From Pseudomonadota bacterium (GTDB lineage Bacteria; Pseudomonadota; Alphaproteobacteria; Rhizobiales; CAJQND01), in assembly GCA_039030315.1 (NCBI GenBank), contig JBCCEL010000002.1, positions 1 to 49,111 of the forward strand: a DNA stretch of 49,111 bases. The letters are read 5' to 3'. Shown here piece after piece: positions 45,240-49,111 of the stretch (positions within the stretch are counted from its first letter, which is position 1; each line of letters starts with the position of its first letter). The position numbers and the translations under genes were made by a program. The notes beneath the pieces were generated by a model. It worked only from the letters and a program-made list of their open reading frames with translations. It made no database searches and was not told the origin of the DNA.

Positions 45240-45644
45240 TCAGCAGCGGTATTTTCTCAGGCACCGTGCACGCCGCCCGGGACGTCCGCGCCAGCGGCGG
45301 ATGCAGTGATTGCGGATACGGCGCGTGCAGCGGCTGCCCGCCCGGGGGCGCCAGCGCGGGGCGATAACCACATTCGGAATGCCGTTATCGTAATAGGGTT
45401 CGTAGTAGGGCTCATCATAAGGGTCGTCATAGGCCTGATCACACGCCCAGAGATGACGGTGTCCGCGCCGCCAGCGGCAGTGCCGGCGGTGAACGTTGAT
45501 GACGTCGGAAGCGCCTTCCAGGAAGCGATCGGTCTGGACCACTGACGGAGAGATCGCCGGCGCAGCCCCTGCAGCCGTCGTCATGAAAACAGCCGTCAAC
45601 AGGCCCATGCCCATCGCGCCGAGTACTGTTAGGACTCTCATCAT
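45240..45644 (-). CDS. small exported Arg/Cys/Tyr-rich hypothetical protein
   Basis: 134 aa. AAGGTGAG SD upstream of ATGATG. Signal peptide MMRVLTVLGAMGMGLLTAVFMTTAAGAAPA. Coding-like third-position GC by hand count. Confidence 0.55.
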   Translation of the reverse strand: MMRVLTVLGAMGMGLLTAVFMTTAAGAAPAISPSVVQTDRFLEGASDVINVHRRHCRWRRGHRHLWACDQAYDDPYDEPYYEPYYDNGIPNVVIAPRWRPRAGSRCTRRIRNHCIRRWRGRPGRRARCLRKYRC

Positions 45645-45789
45645 TTGGATTATCTCTCACCTTTCATAAATTTGAAGCAAACAAGCCCGGCCTCCCCGCG
45701 CCACATTCACGCAATCGCACAATTCCGTCAACATGCTTTGCCCGGTTGGGTAAAGGCGCCCTGAGGTGGCGGCTCCTCACCATTCGGGC

Positions 45790-45817
45790 TTGACGTGCGC
45801 GTCAGAGACTGTTTAAG
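45790..45817 (+). promoter_or_regulatory. candidate promoter of the glycine riboswitch-gcvTHP transcript
   Basis: TTGACG (45790-45795), 16 nt spacer, TTTAAG (45812-45817). Lies about 20 nt upstream of the first aptamer P1. Confidence 0.3.
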
Positions 45818-45838
45818 GAACCGCCCAGGCATGATGCC

Positions 45839-46040
45839 GTTGCGGGAGAGACCGGCTCACATGGGCCGGCGCCGAAGGAGCAACCGCCCCGGAAACTCTC
45901 AGGCACACGGGACCGCAACCAGGCAGCCACTCTGGAGAGCAGCAGCGCAGACGCGTTGTTCACCGAAGGGGGTAAGCCAGCCACAGGACTCTAGATGTCC
46001 TGATGGCCCGGTCAAATCTCTCAGGTTCTCTGACAGAGGG
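45839..46040 (+). promoter_or_regulatory. tandem glycine riboswitch (two aptamers)
   Basis: Aptamer 1 (45839-45919): P1 gttgcgg/ccgcaac, with GGAGAG, CGCCGAAGGAGCAA and CUCUCAGGCA..GGAC. Aptamer 2 (about 45928-46040): CUCUGGAGAG, CACCGAAGGGGG, CUCUCAGG and GACAGAG. Sits directly upstream of gcvT. Confidence 0.85.
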
Positions 46041-46109
46041 GGCGATGCGGGAGTGCTTTTGCATTCTCCATCAGCTCACCTTTTGTCTTTGGAGCCAGGG
46101 AGACGCAAA

Positions 46110-47237
46110 ATGACCGGAGATGCCAAACTCAAGCAGACTCCACTTCATTCGCGACATGTCGAACTCGGCGCAAAACTCGTGCCCTTTGCCGGCTACGACA
46201 TGACGGTACAGTATCCGGCCGGAATCATGGCGGAGCACAAGCACACGCGCGAGGCTGCCGGCCTTTTCGACGTTTCGCACATGGGCCAGTGCATGCTGAA
46301 CGGCCCCGATCACGAGACAACCGCAAAGGCGCTTGAAGCTCTGACGCCGGGTGATTTCCTGTCTCTTCAGCCGGGCCAGCAACGCTACACCCAGTTCACC
46401 AATGCCGAGGGCGGCATCCTGGACGATTTGATGGTGACCCGCCCGGCAGGCGATGGCAGCGACGGAAATCTCTTTCTCGTCGTGAACGCGGCCTGCAAGG
46501 AGCAGGATTTTGGGCTACTGCGCGCCGGCATGCCGGACGGGATCAAGGTCGACGTGTTCGAAGACCGGGCGCTGCTGGCGCTTCAGGGTCCCAAGGCCCA
46601 TGACGTGATGGCGCGTCTCTCCCCTGAAGCGGCAGAGCTGACCTTCATGATGGCGATGAACTGCACCGTGGCCGGCCTGCAATGCCACGTCTCCCGCTCG
46701 GGGTATACCGGCGAGGACGGTTTTGAGATTTCGGTCGCCAGTTCGGACGCTGGTAAGTTGATGGACGCCCTGCTCGCAGAGCCTGAGGTGCAGCCCATCG
46801 GGTTGGGCGCACGTGATTCCCTGCGGCTTGAAGCCGGGCTCTGCCTCTACGGCCATGACATCGATACCAGCACCAGCCCTATCGAGGCCGGCCTGATCTG
46901 GTCTGTCGGCAAGCGCCGGCGGGAAGAGGGCGGCTTCCCCGGCGCGGACCGGGTCCAGCGCGAGATTGCCGGCGGCCGCGCCCGCATTCGCGTCGGCATC
47001 AGACCGGAAGGCCGTGCTCCGGCCAGGGAGGGCACTGTAATCCAGAAGGATGGTGCTGAAATCGGGATCGTTACGTCCGGCGGTTTCGGGCCGACCGTCG
47101 GCGGGCCTGTCGCCATGGGCTACGTACCGTTTGACCTGCGCGAGGCCGGCACTACCATTGACCTGATGGTGCGCGGCAAGGCCCTGCCGGCCACGATCAC
47201 CAAATTGCCATTTGCGCCGCACCGCTACCGGCGCTGA
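46110..47237 (+). CDS. gcvT: glycine cleavage system aminomethyltransferase T protein
   Basis: 375 aa from the ATG preceded by [34 protein letters not shown]. The 480-aa track ORF is an extension across the riboswitch. Confidence 0.95.
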   Translation: MTGDAKLKQTPLHSRHVELGAKLVPFAGYDMTVQYPAGIMAEHKHTREAAGLFDVSHMGQCMLNGPDHETTAKALEALTPGDFLSLQPGQQRYTQFTNAEGGILDDLMVTRPAGDGSDGNLFLVVNAACKEQDFGLLRAGMPDGIKVDVFEDRALLALQGPKAHDVMARLSPEAAELTFMMAMNCTVAGLQCHVSRSGYTGEDGFEISVASSDAGKLMDALLAEPEVQPIGLGARDSLRLEAGLCLYGHDIDTSTSPIEAGLIWSVGKRRREEGGFPGADRVQREIAGGRARIRVGIRPEGRAPAREGTVIQKDGAEIGIVTSGGFGPTVGGPVAMGYVPFDLREAGTTIDLMVRGKALPATITKLPFAPHRYRR

Positions 47238-47271
47238 ACTTGAAAACTCTAAGGCTAGGGAGGAACCAGCA

Positions 47272-47640
47272 ATGAGCACCTTGAAATTCACCGAAGACCA
47301 CGAGTGGCTGAGCGTTGAGGGCGACATCGCCACGGTCGGCATCACCAACCATGCCCAGGAACAGCTCGGCGATGTGGTCTTTGTAGACCTGCCGGACGTT
47401 GGCGCCCAGGTCAGCCAGGGCGGCGATGCCGCGGTCGTCGAATCGGTGAAAGCTGCGAGCGATGTCTACGCACCGATCGACGGCGAGATCGTCGAGGTCA
47501 ACTCGGCTCTCGAAGATGAGCCTGGTCTCGTCAACAGCGATGCCCAGGGCAAGGGCTGGTTCATGAAGATCAGGATTGCCGATACCGGGCAGCTTGACGC
47601 TCTCATGGATGACGCTGCCTACCAGGCTCACATCGCCTGA
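47272..47640 (+). CDS. gcvH: glycine cleavage system H protein
   Basis: 122 aa: [13 protein letters not shown]... with the lipoyl-lysine motif [21 protein letters not shown]. Confidence 0.95.
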   Translation: MSTLKFTEDHEWLSVEGDIATVGITNHAQEQLGDVVFVDLPDVGAQVSQGGDAAVVESVKAASDVYAPIDGEIVEVNSALEDEPGLVNSDAQGKGWFMKIRIADTGQLDALMDDAAYQAHIA

Positions 47641-47682
47641 TCATCAATCCGCAAAGACCCCTTCGTACCAGGAGACCGCGCC

Positions 47683-49111
47683 ATGAGCGAGAAGCGCTTG
47701 CGCCTGACTGATCTTCAATCCGGAGCCAATTTCATCCCGCGTCATATCGGTCCGCGGGATCATGAGATTGACAATATGCTCGAGGCTGTCGGCGCAAGTT
47801 CGCTCGACGATCTCCTGGACAAGGTGGTGCCTGCTTCAATCCGGACAAAGACTCCGCCGAACCTGCCGCAGCCGCTCAGTGAACGGAACACGCTTTCCGA
47901 CCTGCGCCGGATGGCCGGCCGCAACCAGGTTTTCACTTCGATGATCGGCATGGGTTACTACGGCTCGACGACGCCCAAAGTCGTGCTGCGGCGCCTGCTG
48001 GAAAGCCCGGGCTGGTACACGGCCTATACGCCGTATCAGGCCGAGGTCAGCCAGGGACGGCTTGAGGCTCTCCTCAACTACCAGCAGATGGTGTCGGACC
48101 TTACGGGCCTGGAACTCGCCAACGCCTCCCTTCTTGATGAAGGTACAGCGGCAGCGGAAGCCATGGCCATGGTGCAGCGCCTGTCGAAGAAAAAGACCCT
48201 CAGTTTCTTCGTCGATGCCGACACCCACCCGCAGACCGTATCCGTGCTCAAGACGCGTGCCCGCGCCTTCGGCTTCGAGATTGTTGTCGGCGACCCCCTG
48301 ACCGATCTGAACGCTGATGCCGTCTTCGGTGCCCTGCTGTCCTATCCCGGCTCCAGTGGCCAGGTGCGGGACTTCCGGCCGGTCAACAAGGCCCTGCATG
48401 ACGCCAACGCATTCTCGATCGTCGCGACGGATCTGCTGGCCTGTGCCTTGCTCACGCCGCCCGGCGAGCTCGGCGCCGATATTGCCATCGGATCCAGCCA
48501 GCGCTTTGGCGTACCCATGGGCTATGGGGGACCGCATGCGGCTTTCTTTGCGTGCAGGGACGAGTACAAGCGTGCCATCCCCGGGCGCATTATCGGCGTC
48601 TCGGTCGATTCTTCGGGCAGGCCGGCGCTGCGCATGGCGCTGCAGACGCGCGAACAGCATATCCGCAGGGAAAAAGCCACCAGCAACATCTGCACAGCGC
48701 AGGTTCTGCTCGCAGTGATCGCCGGCTGCTATGCCGTATACATGGGTCCGAACGGCATCAAGAAAGCCGCGATGCGCGCGCACCGCTACGCCCAGATCTG
48801 CGCGGCCGCCATCGAAAGCTATGGCTACGAGATCACCACGGATGCCTATTTCGATACCATTACCGTCCGGGTGCCGGGCCGCGCGCCGGCCATCCTCGCC
48901 AAGGCCAAGGAGAAGCGGATCAACCTGCGCCTGGTCGATGCCAATCACCTTGGCATCTCGTTCGATTCCACTACACGCCGTTCCGAGGTCGAAAAGCTGC
49001 TCTCCTGTTTCCGGACCTCCGCCATGCAGGGCGTGACGCTTGATGATCTCGACGAGAAAACGTCCGAATGCATCCCGGCTCCGCTACAGCGCCAGAGCCC
49101 CTATCTGACGC
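47683..49111 (+). CDS. gcvP: glycine dehydrogenase (decarboxylating), single-chain P protein, 5' partial
   Basis: My own translation from ATG 47683 is open to the window end: MSEKRLRLTDLQSGANFIPRHIGP...GMGYYGSTTPKVVLRRLLESPGWYTAYTPYQAEVSQGRLEALLNYQ...REKATSNICTAQ. Missing from the ORF track because there is no stop in the window. Confidence 0.95.
   Translation, partial: MSEKRLRLTDLQSGANFIPRHIGPRDHEIDNMLEAVGASSLDDLLDKVVPASIRTKTPPNLPQPLSERNTLSDLRRMAGRNQVFTSMIGMGYYGSTTPKVVLRRLLESPGWYTAYTPYQAEVSQGRLEALLNYQQMVSDLTGLELANASLLDEGTAAAEAMAMVQRLSKKKTLSFFVDADTHPQTVSVLKTRARAFGFEIVVGDPLTDLNADAVFGALLSYPGSSGQVRDFRPVNKALHDANAFSIVATDLLACALLTPPGELGADIAIGSSQRFGVPMGYGGPHAAFFACRDEYKRAIPGRIIGVSVDSSGRPALRMALQTREQHIRREKATSNICTAQVLLAVIAGCYAVYMGPNGIKKAAMRAHRYAQICAAAIESYGYEITTDAYFDTITVRVPGRAPAILAKAKEKRINLRLVDANHLGISFDSTTRRSEVEKLLSCFRTSAMQGVTLDDLDEKTSECIPAPLQRQSPYLT

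Noticed and set aside
45795-46109. 5' extension of the gcvT ORF (480-aa version), plus similar extensions of rpmI (15912), the aminotransferase (29280), hppD (38080), ihfB (2735), trpA (6934), trpF (5000) and ispB (32750)
   Set aside because: Homology begins at internal starts that have SD sequences. The gcvT extension would be translated through the glycine riboswitch.
47836-48948. 370-aa minus-strand ORF, the only large ORF listed by the track in this region
   Set aside because: The plus strand here encodes an unambiguous GcvP N-terminal half that is open to the window end and so was not listed. The minus ORF is its antisense shadow.
1-49111. Window-wide look for CRISPR arrays, IS/transposase or integrase genes, phage genes, toxin-antitoxin pairs, long tandem repeats and rRNA
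   Set aside because: I recognised none by eye. The only repeats seen are short intergenic motifs and low-complexity coding tails (rpsA, accD). A computational repeat scan would be needed to exclude dispersed short repeats.

Overview
This 49.1-kb window comes from a high-GC (about 60% by eye) alphaproteobacterial chromosome. Gene order resembles Hyphomicrobiales/Rhodobacterales-type genomes. It is densely coding, with about 47 CDS, mostly housekeeping blocks. On the plus strand these are rpsA-sppA-ihfB-lapA-like-X-pyrF-trpF-trpB-trpA-accD-folC, then infC, then rpmI-rplT-pheS-pheT. Further along are ispB/ispE, lrp-hppD, uppP, and a tandem glycine riboswitch driving gcvT-gcvH-gcvP. gcvP runs off the 3' end, so it is absent from the supplied ORF track. 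Small accessory patches sit between these blocks: (a) four minus-strand genes (orphan protein, DUF6653-like membrane protein, glutamine-synthetase-like ligase, MFS transporter) that split the normally contiguous infC / rpmI-rplT unit; (b) an amino-acid-catabolism neighbourhood (kynU, di-iron hydroxylase, fold-type-III PLP enzyme, AruI/AruH-like ThDP decarboxylase + aminotransferase) that contains a tightly packed trio of exported proteins (DUF1194 vWA-like, trypsin-like protease-TPR fusion, S8 subtilase); (c) CAP/DUF992 exported proteins; (d) a GT2-like glycosyltransferase next to uppP; (e) a small exported Arg/Cys/Tyr-rich protein upstream of an atypical SDR and a kappa-GST/HCCA-isomerase-like gene. 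I found no rRNA, tRNA, CRISPR array, transposase, integrase or phage genes, and only two convincing intrinsic terminators. I do not see a clear-cut defence-like or otherwise obviously novel multi-gene system. The best candidates for follow-up are the exported vWA/protease trio, the uncharacterised exported protein in the syntenic slot of LapB (lapA-X-pyrF), the small Arg/Cys-rich secreted protein, and the four-gene wedge between infC and rpmI. All functional calls rest on motif and family recognition by eye, and none was verified by a search.
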